A stretch of DNA of 46,635 nt, taken from contig CAYZEE010000002.1 of NCBI GenBank assembly GCA_964477485.1, forward strand, positions 1 to 46,635, in the 5' to 3' direction. The stretch is from an uncultured Gammaproteobacteria bacterium. GTDB lineage: Bacteria; Patescibacteriota; Microgenomatia; Levybacterales; UBA12049. Positions 34,584 to 43,745 of this stretch are shown piece by piece (position 1 is the first letter of the stretch; the number at the start of each line of letters is the position of its first letter). Position numbers and translations under genes: made by a program. The notes beneath the pieces are model-generated. The model searched no databases. It saw only the letters and a list, made by a program, of their open reading frames with translations, and was not told the DNA's origin.

Positions 34584-35500
34584 AAATTATTTTAACTGGA
34601 GCTTCAGGGCTTATTGGCTCAAGATTTCATAAGCTTACGCAAGATAGACATGAGATAATCCCCCTTACGTCAAAAGATGTAACGATAACGGTTATTGATT
34701 CGGTCGATCTTTTTTTTTCCAATCAAGAAGCTGATGTAGTAATTCACATGGCTGCAAAAACAGACGTAGACAAATGCGAAAAAGACAAAAAAAAAGATCA
34801 GGAAATTATAAAGAAAAATATTGGTGGGCAATTTGAGGTAGAAAAAATGAGATGGAGTATCGGGGATTTGTTTGGAAGAGAATCCGCTTTCGCCGTCAAT
34901 TTCTACGGAACTAAAAATATTTATGATGCCGCTAAAGAGAAAAGGATGAAATTCGTTTATATTTCAACAGATTTTGTTTTCGGGGGGAAAGATAAATATG
35001 ATGAGAATTCAAAGCCAAGTCCTCTAAATTGGTATGGAATGACAAAATACTTTGGAGAACGTATAATAGATACCTCGGAAGATTTAATTGTAAGAATTTC
35101 TTTCCCTTATGGCTACAAAAATCCTTTAAAAAAGGATTTTTTTTGGACACTTTTTGAGCTATTGAATAACAAAAAAGAAGTTGATCTAATCGAAGATGAA
35201 ACATTTACCCCGACTTTTATAGATGACATTGTTTTTGGTATTGAATTTCTACTTTCCAAAAATGCATCAGGGGTTTTCCATTTAACCGGAAGCAGTTTTG
35301 AGGATCCTTACAAAATTGGAATGAGAATAAAAGATAAATTCAGGTTAACTACAAAGATAAATCCGACAACAAGAGACAAGATTTATAAGCAAAGAGCAAC
35401 GAGACCATTCCAAAGTATTATGAAAAATGATAAAATTAAACATCTGGGCTTTGAACCGAAAGCTTTCAGTGAGGGGTTTGACTTGATAACAAACATATGA
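34580..35500 (+). CDS. RmlD-like SDR (dTDP-4-keto-6-deoxyhexose reductase family) with internal insertion
   Basis: LTGASGLIGS, ISTDFVFGG and YGMTKYFGE (YxxxK). It carries an extra Lys-rich segment of about 25 aa (CEKDKKKDQEIIKKNIGGQFEVEKMRW) not expected in canonical RmlD. Confidence 0.6.
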   Translation: MKIILTGASGLIGSRFHKLTQDRHEIIPLTSKDVTITVIDSVDLFFSNQEADVVIHMAAKTDVDKCEKDKKKDQEIIKKNIGGQFEVEKMRWSIGDLFGRESAFAVNFYGTKNIYDAAKEKRMKFVYISTDFVFGGKDKYDENSKPSPLNWYGMTKYFGERIIDTSEDLIVRISFPYGYKNPLKKDFFWTLFELLNNKKEVDLIEDETFTPTFIDDIVFGIEFLLSKNASGVFHLTGSSFEDPYKIGMRIKDKFRLTTKINPTTRDKIYKQRATRPFQSIMKNDKIKHLGFEPKAFSEGFDLITNI

Positions 35501-36786
35501 CTATAACATTTGTAGGTCATGGATATGTAGGACTTGTCAGTGCATCTATTTTTGCAGATTTGGGCAACACGGTTTGGGTTATTGGCAGGAATCCCAGTAA
35601 AATTGATGCTCTTAAAAAAGGAGTGCCCCCTTTTTATGAACCTGGACTGGAAGAAATTCTAAAGCGAAATATCAAGGCCAAGAGACTACTTTTTTCACTC
35701 AATTATAAGCCTGCAGTTGCGGAATCTGATGTAGTTTTTATAGCAATCGGGACTCCGCCTAACAAAACAGGAGATGCAGAGCTATTGGGAATATTTGAAG
35801 TAGCTGGGATTATTGGAAAAAATTTACGCGGTTATACTGTAGTCGCTACAAAGAGCACTGTTCCTGTAGGTGCGAACAAAAGGATAAAACAAATAATTGA
35901 GGAAGTCAAGCCTAAGGAAGCAGAATTTGACATTGCCTCTGCCCCGGAGTTTTTAAGAGAAGGAACTGCAATTGCCGATACTTTAAATCCTGATAGAATT
36001 GTTATAGGAACGGAAAATAAAAAAGCAGAAAAAATTCTTAAAGAACTTCATAAGCCTATTGACGGACATTTTGTTCTTACCAATCTTGAAACTGCAGAAC
36101 TTATAAAATATGCCTCAAATTCTTTCCTTGCTACTAAAATTTCATTTGCAAATGCCATAGCGAAACTGTCAGAGCTAGTTGGGGCAGACGGACTACGAGT
36201 ACTTGACGGAATGGGTTTTGATAAAAGAATTGGTAAAGAGTTTCTCGTTCCGGGTCCTGGATATGGCGGAAGCTGTTTTCCCAAGGACGTAAAGGCTCTT
36301 TCCGCAATTGCCAAAAATTATGATTATAGTTTTGCTCTTCTGGATGAAGTTGAAAAAATAAATAGTCAGGCGAAGCGCGATATTGTGAGGAAAGCAAGAA
36401 AATTGCTTGGAGAGTTAAATAAAAAGACTATTGGAATACTTGGTCTTTCTTTTAAGCCCAACACCGATGACATGAGAGATTCTCCATCCTTAGATATTAT
36501 AGAATTATTAAGACAAGATAGAGCACATATTAAAGTCTTTGATCCACAGGCTATGGAAAACGCAAAGAAACTGGTAGCCGGTATCGAATTTTCAAGCAAT
36601 GTCTATGAAGTGGCAAGAGGAGCAGACTTGGTTATTGTTGCTACAGACTGGAATGAGTTTAAAGAACTGGATTTTAATAAAATAAAAAAGGTTATGAAAA
36701 CTCCTATTATTATCGATGGAAGAAATATTTATGATCCGCAAAAACTAAGAGATATGGGGTTTACCTATGTTGGAGTTGGGAGATGA
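35497..36786 (+). CDS. ugd: UDP-glucose 6-dehydrogenase
   Basis: ITFVGHGYVGLV, GGSCFPKD (catalytic Cys) and the C-terminal UDP-binding domain. Confidence 0.9.
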   Translation: MTITFVGHGYVGLVSASIFADLGNTVWVIGRNPSKIDALKKGVPPFYEPGLEEILKRNIKAKRLLFSLNYKPAVAESDVVFIAIGTPPNKTGDAELLGIFEVAGIIGKNLRGYTVVATKSTVPVGANKRIKQIIEEVKPKEAEFDIASAPEFLREGTAIADTLNPDRIVIGTENKKAEKILKELHKPIDGHFVLTNLETAELIKYASNSFLATKISFANAIAKLSELVGADGLRVLDGMGFDKRIGKEFLVPGPGYGGSCFPKDVKALSAIAKNYDYSFALLDEVEKINSQAKRDIVRKARKLLGELNKKTIGILGLSFKPNTDDMRDSPSLDIIELLRQDRAHIKVFDPQAMENAKKLVAGIEFSSNVYEVARGADLVIVATDWNEFKELDFNKIKKVMKTPIIIDGRNIYDPQKLRDMGFTYVGVGR

Positions 36787-37742
36787 AGAAGGCCTTAATT
36801 ACCGGGACAACAGGCTTTGCAGGGAGCTTTTTAGCCGAGCTCTTAGTTCTTGGTAAGAAGACGAATATTACAGGTACATATCTAACGGAAGACAGCCTTG
36901 TTAACATTAAGAATGTTAGAGAGAAAATAAATCTTGTTAAACTGAATTTACTTGATGCTGACAAGGTGCGCGATCTTATAAGAGAAGTAAAGCCGGATTT
37001 AATTTTTCATCTTGCAGGATTTACTTCTCCAAAGGACAGTTTTGACAATCCAGCAAAGTCGATAGAAGAGAATATAAAGACACAGCTCAGTGTTTTGGAG
37101 GCAGTAAGAAAGGAAGATTTGCAAAATACCCGGATTCTTATTATCTCCTCAGCTGAAATTTATGGAAGTGTTAAGAAGAAAGATCTTCCAATAGATGAGG
37201 ATACGCAACTTATACCTACTAATCCTTATGCTGTTTCAAAAATAGCTCAAGATTTTTTAGGGCTTCAATATTTTTTATCCTATAAACTCAAAATAATTAG
37301 AGTTCGACCGTTCAATCATATTGGACCGCGACAATCGCCTAATTTTGTGGTAGCAGCATTTGCTAAAAAAATTGCTGAGATAGAAAAAGAGAAAAGAAAA
37401 CCTGTTATTACGGTTGGTAATCTGGAAAGCAAGCGTGATTTTACAGATGTAAGAGATATGGTTTATGCATATTCGCTTGCCATAGAATTAGGAAAAGAGG
37501 GGGATGTTTATAATTTAGGTTATGGTAAATCTTATAAAATTTCCGACATTTTAAAAAAACTTCTTTCTCTTTCTAAGAAAAAGATCGCTATCAAGATAGA
37601 CCCATCGTTATTTATGCCTTCTGACAACCCAGAACTTGTATGTGAGAGAACAAAATTTACAACGCTTTCCGGCTGGAAACCGAGAATTCCTATTGATGTA
37701 ACCCTAAAAGAAACTCTAGATTATTGGAGACATATTGTTTAA
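36783..37742 (+). CDS. NAD-dependent epimerase/reductase, GDP-4-keto-6-deoxy-D-mannose reductase (Rmd)-like
   Basis: [16 protein letters not shown] and YAVSK. It sits directly upstream of gmd. I cannot separate an Rmd function from another 4-reductase or epimerase by eye. Confidence 0.55.
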   Translation: MKKALITGTTGFAGSFLAELLVLGKKTNITGTYLTEDSLVNIKNVREKINLVKLNLLDADKVRDLIREVKPDLIFHLAGFTSPKDSFDNPAKSIEENIKTQLSVLEAVRKEDLQNTRILIISSAEIYGSVKKKDLPIDEDTQLIPTNPYAVSKIAQDFLGLQYFLSYKLKIIRVRPFNHIGPRQSPNFVVAAFAKKIAEIEKEKRKPVITVGNLESKRDFTDVRDMVYAYSLAIELGKEGDVYNLGYGKSYKISDILKKLLSLSKKKIAIKIDPSLFMPSDNPELVCERTKFTTLSGWKPRIPIDVTLKETLDYWRHIV

Positions 37743-37752
37743 AATTAAAACT

Positions 37753-38727
37753 ATGACAAAAAGAGCTCTTATTACTGGTGTTACAGGTCAAGACGGCTCG
37801 TATCTTGCTGAACTGCTTTTGTCAAAAGAGTATAAAGTTTTTGGACTAACAAGAAGAACGAGTACTATTAATTATGAAAGAATAAAAGATATAGAGGATA
37901 AAATCACACTTATTCAGGGAGACCTACTTGATCAAAGTTCCCTGTCCGAAGCTATTATGAGATCCGAGCCGGATGAGGTTTACAATTTGGCTGCGCAATC
38001 TTTTGTCAAGACGTCATGGAATCAGCCAGTTTTAACAGGAGAATTTACGGCACTTGGAGTAACCAGGCTTCTTGAAGCAATAAGGACTATCAATCGCAAA
38101 ATAAAATTCTATCAAGCATCATCATCTGAAATGTTTGGCGAAGTTACTGAATCGCCTCAAAAAGAAACAACAAGATTCCATCCGAGAAGTCCTTATGGAG
38201 TAGCCAAGGTTTATGGACATTATATAACTGTGAACTATAGAGAAAGTTTCAATATTTTTGCCTGTTCAGGCATATGTTTTAATCACGAATCCCCGAGGCG
38301 TGGACTTGAATTTGTAACACGAAAAATAACTCATGCTGCGGCTCGAATAAGTCTTGGCAAACAGAAAAACCTGGAACTTGGCAGCATCTCTCCTAAAAGA
38401 GATTGGGGTTTTGCAGGAGATTATGTTGAGGCAATGTGGCTTATGCTCCAGAAATCAAAAGCTGATGATTATGTAATTGCTACAGGAGAAAATCATAGTG
38501 TCGAGGAATTCGTGGAGCTTGCATTTAAGACAGTCGGGATAGACAATTGGAGAAAATATGTAGTCTTTGGTAAAGAAGAACATATGCGTCCTGCAGAAGT
38601 TGATTTCCTTATAGGAAATGCGGAAAAAGCCAGAAGAGAGCTGAATTGGCAACCTAAAACCAGTTTTAGACAGTTGGTTGAAATGATGGTAAAAGCTGAT
38701 CTTACGAGGGAAAGAAACAATAAATAA
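37753..38727 (+). CDS. gmd: GDP-mannose 4,6-dehydratase
   Basis: [43 protein letters not shown] and FNHESPRRG. Confidence 0.93.
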   Translation: MTKRALITGVTGQDGSYLAELLLSKEYKVFGLTRRTSTINYERIKDIEDKITLIQGDLLDQSSLSEAIMRSEPDEVYNLAAQSFVKTSWNQPVLTGEFTALGVTRLLEAIRTINRKIKFYQASSSEMFGEVTESPQKETTRFHPRSPYGVAKVYGHYITVNYRESFNIFACSGICFNHESPRRGLEFVTRKITHAAARISLGKQKNLELGSISPKRDWGFAGDYVEAMWLMLQKSKADDYVIATGENHSVEEFVELAFKTVGIDNWRKYVVFGKEEHMRPAEVDFLIGNAEKARRELNWQPKTSFRQLVEMMVKADLTRERNNK

Positions 38728-38730
38728 TTT

Positions 38731-39711
38731 ATGCAGACAGCACTTGTTGCAGGAGGAGCAGGTTTTATCGGGTCTCACTTATGCAAAAGCTTAATAGATG
38801 ATAATTATAATGTAATTTGTATTGATAGTCTTATCACGGGTGTCGAAGAAAACATTAAGGATCTTATCTCAAATCCAAAATTCAAATTCATAAAACATGA
38901 TATAACAGTACCAATTAAAAATCCAGGATTATCTGACCGGACAGACATAATTCAGAATTTGAAATATATCTTTCACTTTGCTTCTCCTGCGTCGCCAAAC
39001 AAAAAGAGCCCAAAAAGCTATATCAATTACCCGATCGAGACTCTTCTTGTAAATTCATTGGGAACACGTAATCTTCTTGAGTACGCTCGTAGTTTTGGCG
39101 CGAAATTTCTCTATGCTTCTTCATCTGAAGTGTATGGAGATCCGGAAGTTTCGCCTCAAAATGAGCAGTATTTTGGTAATGTAAATCCAACAGGAGTTCG
39201 TTCGGTCTATGATGAAGGAAAGAGATTTGGAGAAGCAATGACTATGGCTTATGTAAGAAGATACGATACAGACGCTCGGATTATACGAATCTTCAATACT
39301 TATGGCCCAAAAATGAGAGCTGATGATGGTAGGGTTGTCTCAAATTTTATAAATCAGGCACTTTCAGGCAACAAAATCATTGTCTACGGAAAAGGTGTTC
39401 AGACTCGGAGCTTTTGCTATATTGATGATATGATTTCCGGGATAAAAAAAGCAATGTTTTCCGGAAAAACAATGGGTGAGATTATAAATCTTGGTAATCC
39501 TAAGGAGAATACGATTTTGGGACTTGCTAGGTTAATTGAGAGCATGGTTCACTTATCTTCGGAAATTGCATTCGAGCCATTGCCAGAAGATGATCCTAAG
39601 ATGAGAAAGCCAGATATAGAAAAAGCTAGGACGCTTTTGAATTGGGAGCCAGAAATAAGCATTGACCAGGGACTTCAAAAAACAATAGAATATTTTAAAA
39701 GCGTGATCTAA
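38731..39711 (+). CDS. UDP-glucuronate decarboxylase (UDP-xylose synthase-like)
   Basis: VAGGAGFIGSHLC, SSSEVYGDP, YDEGKRFGEAM and RIFNTYGPKM are typical of UXS and the ArnA decarboxylase-domain family. Confidence 0.82.
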   Translation: MQTALVAGGAGFIGSHLCKSLIDDNYNVICIDSLITGVEENIKDLISNPKFKFIKHDITVPIKNPGLSDRTDIIQNLKYIFHFASPASPNKKSPKSYINYPIETLLVNSLGTRNLLEYARSFGAKFLYASSSEVYGDPEVSPQNEQYFGNVNPTGVRSVYDEGKRFGEAMTMAYVRRYDTDARIIRIFNTYGPKMRADDGRVVSNFINQALSGNKIIVYGKGVQTRSFCYIDDMISGIKKAMFSGKTMGEIINLGNPKENTILGLARLIESMVHLSSEIAFEPLPEDDPKMRKPDIEKARTLLNWEPEISIDQGLQKTIEYFKSVI

Positions 39712-39720
39712 AATAAAATT

Positions 39721-40854
39721 ATGAAGGCCGTTATTATTATTCCGACTTACAATGAGAAAGAAAACATAGCTAATCTTATCTCAATAATCGAGAATGATAT
39801 TTTTCCCCAAATTAAGAATCATGATATGAATATTCTGGTTGCTGATGATAATTCCCCTGATGGCACGGCTGATGAGGTAAGAAGACTTATGAGTAAATGG
39901 GGAAATATTGAGATTACGATTGGAGAGAAGCAGGGTTTAGGAGCAGCGTATGTTAGGGCTATGATATACGCTGTGGACAAAATGAATGCTGAAATTATGT
40001 TTGAAATGGATGCGGATCTTCAGCATGACCCGAAGAAAATTCCTGAGTTTCTTAAAAAGATAGATGAAGGATGCGATATGGTTGTTGGTAACAGATACAG
40101 TGATGGAGGCTCAATCCCCAAGAATTGGCCATTACCACGGAAAGTATTCTCAATCGTAGCAAATCTTTTTGTAAGGGCCATATTTACAAAATTTTCAGTG
40201 CATGATTGGACTGGGGGGTATAGAGCATTAAGAAGCGAAGTATTTCTAAAAGAGAAAGGAGAATTGACAAATTACAAAGGGTACATTTTCCAAATTTCAT
40301 TTTTGCATAAAGCGATAAGAGATGGATTTAAAGTCGGAGAAGTTCCTTTTCATTTTAATGATAGAACTCTGGGCAAATCTAAGATCGCGCCACTAGGATA
40401 CATTACAGAAGTAGTCAAGTTTGTAATTTTGACTAGAATTAGGGAATTACTTTTTGGGAAATTTGGGAAATTTTTGGTAGTTGGAGGAATCGGTTTCATT
40501 ATTAATGCGGTAGTTCTTAAAGGCTTAGTGGACTTTGTTAAATGGGATCCATCAGTGGCAAATTTAGCCGGAGCTGCTCTTGCAATATTCTCGAATTACA
40601 ATTTGAATAACATTTGGACATTCGAAGAAAACAAAGTTACTACCTTTGGTTTATATTTTTGGAAAATGATTCAGTTTTATGTTACATCTGCTTTTGGAGT
40701 GATTTTTATTCAAACAGGCGCAATATTTCTTGGAGATGCTTTCATAGGAAAAAGATTTTATTTCATCTATTTTATATTAGGGACAGGACTTCTTCTAATT
40801 TGGAACTTTGCGATGTACAGCCTTGTTATCTGGCGTAAAAAACCTCACAAATGA
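39721..40854 (+). CDS. polyprenyl-phosphate glycosyltransferase (GT2, DPM1/GtrB/ArnC-like) fused to a GtrA-like membrane domain
   Basis: IIIPTYNEKENI, VADDNSPDGT and MDADLQHDP (DxD region). The C-terminal ~130 aa have four TM helices beginning FLVVGGIGFIINAVV, which is GtrA-like. Confidence 0.8.
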   Translation: MKAVIIIPTYNEKENIANLISIIENDIFPQIKNHDMNILVADDNSPDGTADEVRRLMSKWGNIEITIGEKQGLGAAYVRAMIYAVDKMNAEIMFEMDADLQHDPKKIPEFLKKIDEGCDMVVGNRYSDGGSIPKNWPLPRKVFSIVANLFVRAIFTKFSVHDWTGGYRALRSEVFLKEKGELTNYKGYIFQISFLHKAIRDGFKVGEVPFHFNDRTLGKSKIAPLGYITEVVKFVILTRIRELLFGKFGKFLVVGGIGFIINAVVLKGLVDFVKWDPSVANLAGAALAIFSNYNLNNIWTFEENKVTTFGLYFWKMIQFYVTSAFGVIFIQTGAIFLGDAFIGKRFYFIYFILGTGLLLIWNFAMYSLVIWRKKPHK

Positions 40855-42488
40855 CGCAAATTCAAAATTCTCCGGCAAAGCCGGACAAAATTCTCGTCCA
40901 AAGGATGATCGGCCTATGGCCGAAAAATTTATGTTTATTTTTAATACTTCTACTAGCAGCATTTCTTCGGCTTTATAGGGTCCAAGATTATATGACATTT
41001 TTGGGAGATGAGGGTAGAGATGTCCTTGTTGCGTATAATATTCTTCATGGACACTTAACTCTGCTTGGTCCAACAGCATCTGTAGGAGGTTTTTTTCTGG
41101 GACCAATTTATTATTATTTTATAACTCCCTTCCTTTGGTTGTTTAATTACAATCCTGTTGGTCCGGCTGTTATGGTTGCTCTTTTCGGAATTGCTACCGT
41201 ATGGCTGGTATTTAAAATCGGAAGTGAATTTTTAGGCAAAAGAGCAGGATTTATTGCCGCATTTCTTTATTCAATTTCTCCCATCGTTATTGCTTATTCA
41301 AGATCTTCATGGAATCCAAATATTATGCCTTTTTTTTCTCTTTTAACTCTTTATGCTTTATATAAAGCCTTGCAAAAAAACAGCACAAAATTATTTATTC
41401 TATCCGGTATTCTTTTGGGTATTGCAATGCAGCTTCATTATTTGGCCACTTTTCTAGGAGTAATAATTGCAATATATATTTTAGTCGTAAAATTATTTTT
41501 TGCAAGATCTGCCGGTACGTCTTTCTCAAAGACAGTAAGAGAAATTTTGGAAAAATTTTTTTTTATTTTTTTAGGTTTTCTTGTAGGACTGTCTCCTCTT
41601 TTAGCATTTGAAATCCGTCATGGATTCCCAAACATTAGAAGCATAACATCTTTTATCTTTCATTCAGGAAATACAGGGGCGGGAGCCCGTTTTTTTGAAA
41701 TTATTTCTAATGTCTTCTTCAGGGTATTTGCGAGGCTCGTTATGAATTTTCCGCCTCCAGAGCAAATAGTTATAAACGCACATCCCAATATCGTTTTATG
41801 GCATTACGCCTCTCTGTTGTTAGGAATAGTGAGCGTAGCTATACTTATTTATAATTTTTTCAAAGTTGCGTCGTCAAAACAAAACTTAAAACATAAATTT
41901 TCAGATTTCTCAAAACTAAGTCTTTTGCTTCTCTGGCTTTTTATTGGAATTGCTATGTTTGGATTTTACAAAAAACCTATTTATGATTACTATTTTGGTT
42001 TTATGTTTCCGTTGCCGTTTCTTCTTGTTGGAAATGCGCTGGATTTTTTTGCCCGGAGAAACAAGGAATTTCTTGTTATTGCTATTATTATTTTTATTGG
42101 AATTACCGTTCTTAATTTAAATAGTATCCCATTTCGATATGAACCGAATAGACAGTTAAAACAGGCAGAGGAGATTTCGTGTTTTGTTGTAGATAGAACA
42201 GATAATAAACCATTCAATTTCGCTTTAATATCCGGAAATGACTCGGATTATGCCTACAGATATTTTTTTACTCTTTGGAATCGTTCGCCTGTGGTTATAG
42301 AAAATCCTCAAGTTGACCCGCAAAGAAAAAGTGTCACTAAGCAACTTCTTGTAGTCTGTGAAAGCCTGCCTTGTCATCCGCTCGGTTATTCTTTATGGGA
42401 AATTGCAGGTTTCGGCAGAGCAGGGATTGCGGGGAGATGGAATGTTTCAGTTGTTGAAATTTACAAACTAGTTCATTACAAAAAGTAA
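40851..42488 (+). CDS. GT-C fold glycosyltransferase (ArnT/PMT, GT39/GT83-like)
   Basis: More than 10 TM segments. The first extracytoplasmic loop carries LGDEGRDVL (acidic motif). ATGA overlap with the GT2 gene. Confidence 0.7.
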   Translation: MTQIQNSPAKPDKILVQRMIGLWPKNLCLFLILLLAAFLRLYRVQDYMTFLGDEGRDVLVAYNILHGHLTLLGPTASVGGFFLGPIYYYFITPFLWLFNYNPVGPAVMVALFGIATVWLVFKIGSEFLGKRAGFIAAFLYSISPIVIAYSRSSWNPNIMPFFSLLTLYALYKALQKNSTKLFILSGILLGIAMQLHYLATFLGVIIAIYILVVKLFFARSAGTSFSKTVREILEKFFFIFLGFLVGLSPLLAFEIRHGFPNIRSITSFIFHSGNTGAGARFFEIISNVFFRVFARLVMNFPPPEQIVINAHPNIVLWHYASLLLGIVSVAILIYNFFKVASSKQNLKHKFSDFSKLSLLLLWLFIGIAMFGFYKKPIYDYYFGFMFPLPFLLVGNALDFFARRNKEFLVIAIIIFIGITVLNLNSIPFRYEPNRQLKQAEEISCFVVDRTDNKPFNFALISGNDSDYAYRYFFTLWNRSPVVIENPQVDPQRKSVTKQLLVVCESLPCHPLGYSLWEIAGFGRAGIAGRWNVSVVEIYKLVHYKK

Positions 42489-42529
42489 TTTCAGTAAAAA
42501 TTCAGGAAACTTCTTTAGTGTCTTTCTAT

Positions 42530-42970
42530 ATGAAAAAATTCTTACTTTCCTTCCTTGTTATTTTTATCTTTATAATATATTTCATTCATAAAAAGACAGA
42601 GTCAGTCGTAACTTCCCAGATTGCCCCAGTACAAAAAAACATCTTTTCGCCTTCGATATCACCTTCAATATCGCCTTCAACAAGTTCGTACATGGACGGT
42701 TCGTATACGGGAGATGTTGTTGATGCTTATTATGGAAATGTGCAAGTTCAAGCAAGCATTCAGAATGGAAAAGTTGTGGATGTAAAATTTCTTCAGTATC
42801 CAAATGATCGTTCTACTTCTATAGAAATAAATTCTCAAGCGATGCCTTATCTTACACAAGAAGCTATCCAGGCTCAAAATGCACAGATAGATGTTGTTTC
42901 AGGCGCAACTTATACAAGTGAGGCTTTCATTCAATCTTTGGCAAGCGCACTTATTAAAGCAAAAAAATAA
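42530..42970 (+). CDS. membrane-anchored FMN_bind-domain protein (flavinylation substrate)
   Basis: N-terminal TM/signal anchor, SPSISPSISPS linker, and C-terminal DVVSGATYTSEAF, which fits the Dxx[ST]GA[ST] flavinylation motif. Confidence 0.75.
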   Translation: MKKFLLSFLVIFIFIIYFIHKKTESVVTSQIAPVQKNIFSPSISPSISPSTSSYMDGSYTGDVVDAYYGNVQVQASIQNGKVVDVKFLQYPNDRSTSIEINSQAMPYLTQEAIQAQNAQIDVVSGATYTSEAFIQSLASALIKAKK

Positions 42971-42973
42971 GCT

Positions 42974-43723
42974 ATGAAAATAACTAAGATTATTATGGGG
43001 ATGCCGATAACAATTGAGATTGTGGATAGAGTAAAAGAAGATGATATTAAATCAGTTTTTGATTATTTTATTCATGTTGATAAAATTTTCAGCACATATA
43101 AAAAAACCAGTGAAATATCTAGAATTAACAGAGAAGAACTTAAAAAAAAGGATTGGAGCTTGGAGATGCAGCAGGTAATTAGGCTCTGTGAGGAAACAAA
43201 AAAATTGACCAATGGATATTTCGATATTTTAAGAAATGGTAAGCTGGAACCAGCAGGGCTTGTAAAGGGTTGGGCTATTCAAAATGCCGCAGATCTTCTT
43301 AAGGATAAAGGCTATAGGAATTTTTATATAGATGCGGGCGGGGATATTCAGCTATCAGGGGAAAATAAAAAAGGAAATACTTGGAGAATTGGCATCAGAA
43401 ATCCTTTTAACCAGAAACAAATAATAAAAGTAATTTTAGCCAGAGATAAGGGAATTGCTACATCAGGTACATATATTCGCGGCTATCATATTTACAATCC
43501 TCATAACGCCTTAGCGTCCAATAATATTGTTAGCATAACAGTAATTGGGCCAAATATTTATGAGGCAGATAGATTCGCAACTGCCGCTTTTGCGATGGGA
43601 GAAAGAGGCATATCTTTTATTTCCTCGCTTTCCGGCTTTGAAGGGTACATGGTGGATAAAGGTGGAATGGCAACCTATACGAAAGGATTCAGTAAATATG
43701 TACAAAATCATAAACGAAATTGA
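42974..43723 (+). CDS. apbE: FAD:protein FMN transferase (ApbE family), no signal peptide
   Basis: MGMPITIEI, YIDAGGDI, GIATSGTYIRGYHIYNP and EADRFATAAFAMG. The ORF begins 4 nt after the previous stop, so there is no room for a leader sequence. Confidence 0.82.
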   Translation: MKITKIIMGMPITIEIVDRVKEDDIKSVFDYFIHVDKIFSTYKKTSEISRINREELKKKDWSLEMQQVIRLCEETKKLTNGYFDILRNGKLEPAGLVKGWAIQNAADLLKDKGYRNFYIDAGGDIQLSGENKKGNTWRIGIRNPFNQKQIIKVILARDKGIATSGTYIRGYHIYNPHNALASNNIVSITVIGPNIYEADRFATAAFAMGERGISFISSLSGFEGYMVDKGGMATYTKGFSKYVQNHKRN

Positions 43724-43745
43724 TTATTTTTTGGATAGAATTACA

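Noticed and set aside
40795-41106. A 103-aa minus-strand ORF at the GT2/GT-C junction.
   Set aside because: It is antisense to two membrane-protein genes and has no support.
43545-43697. Upstream extension of the membrane-reductase ORF.
   Set aside because: It lies wholly inside apbE in another frame, and the first ATGs are at 43698 and 43746.
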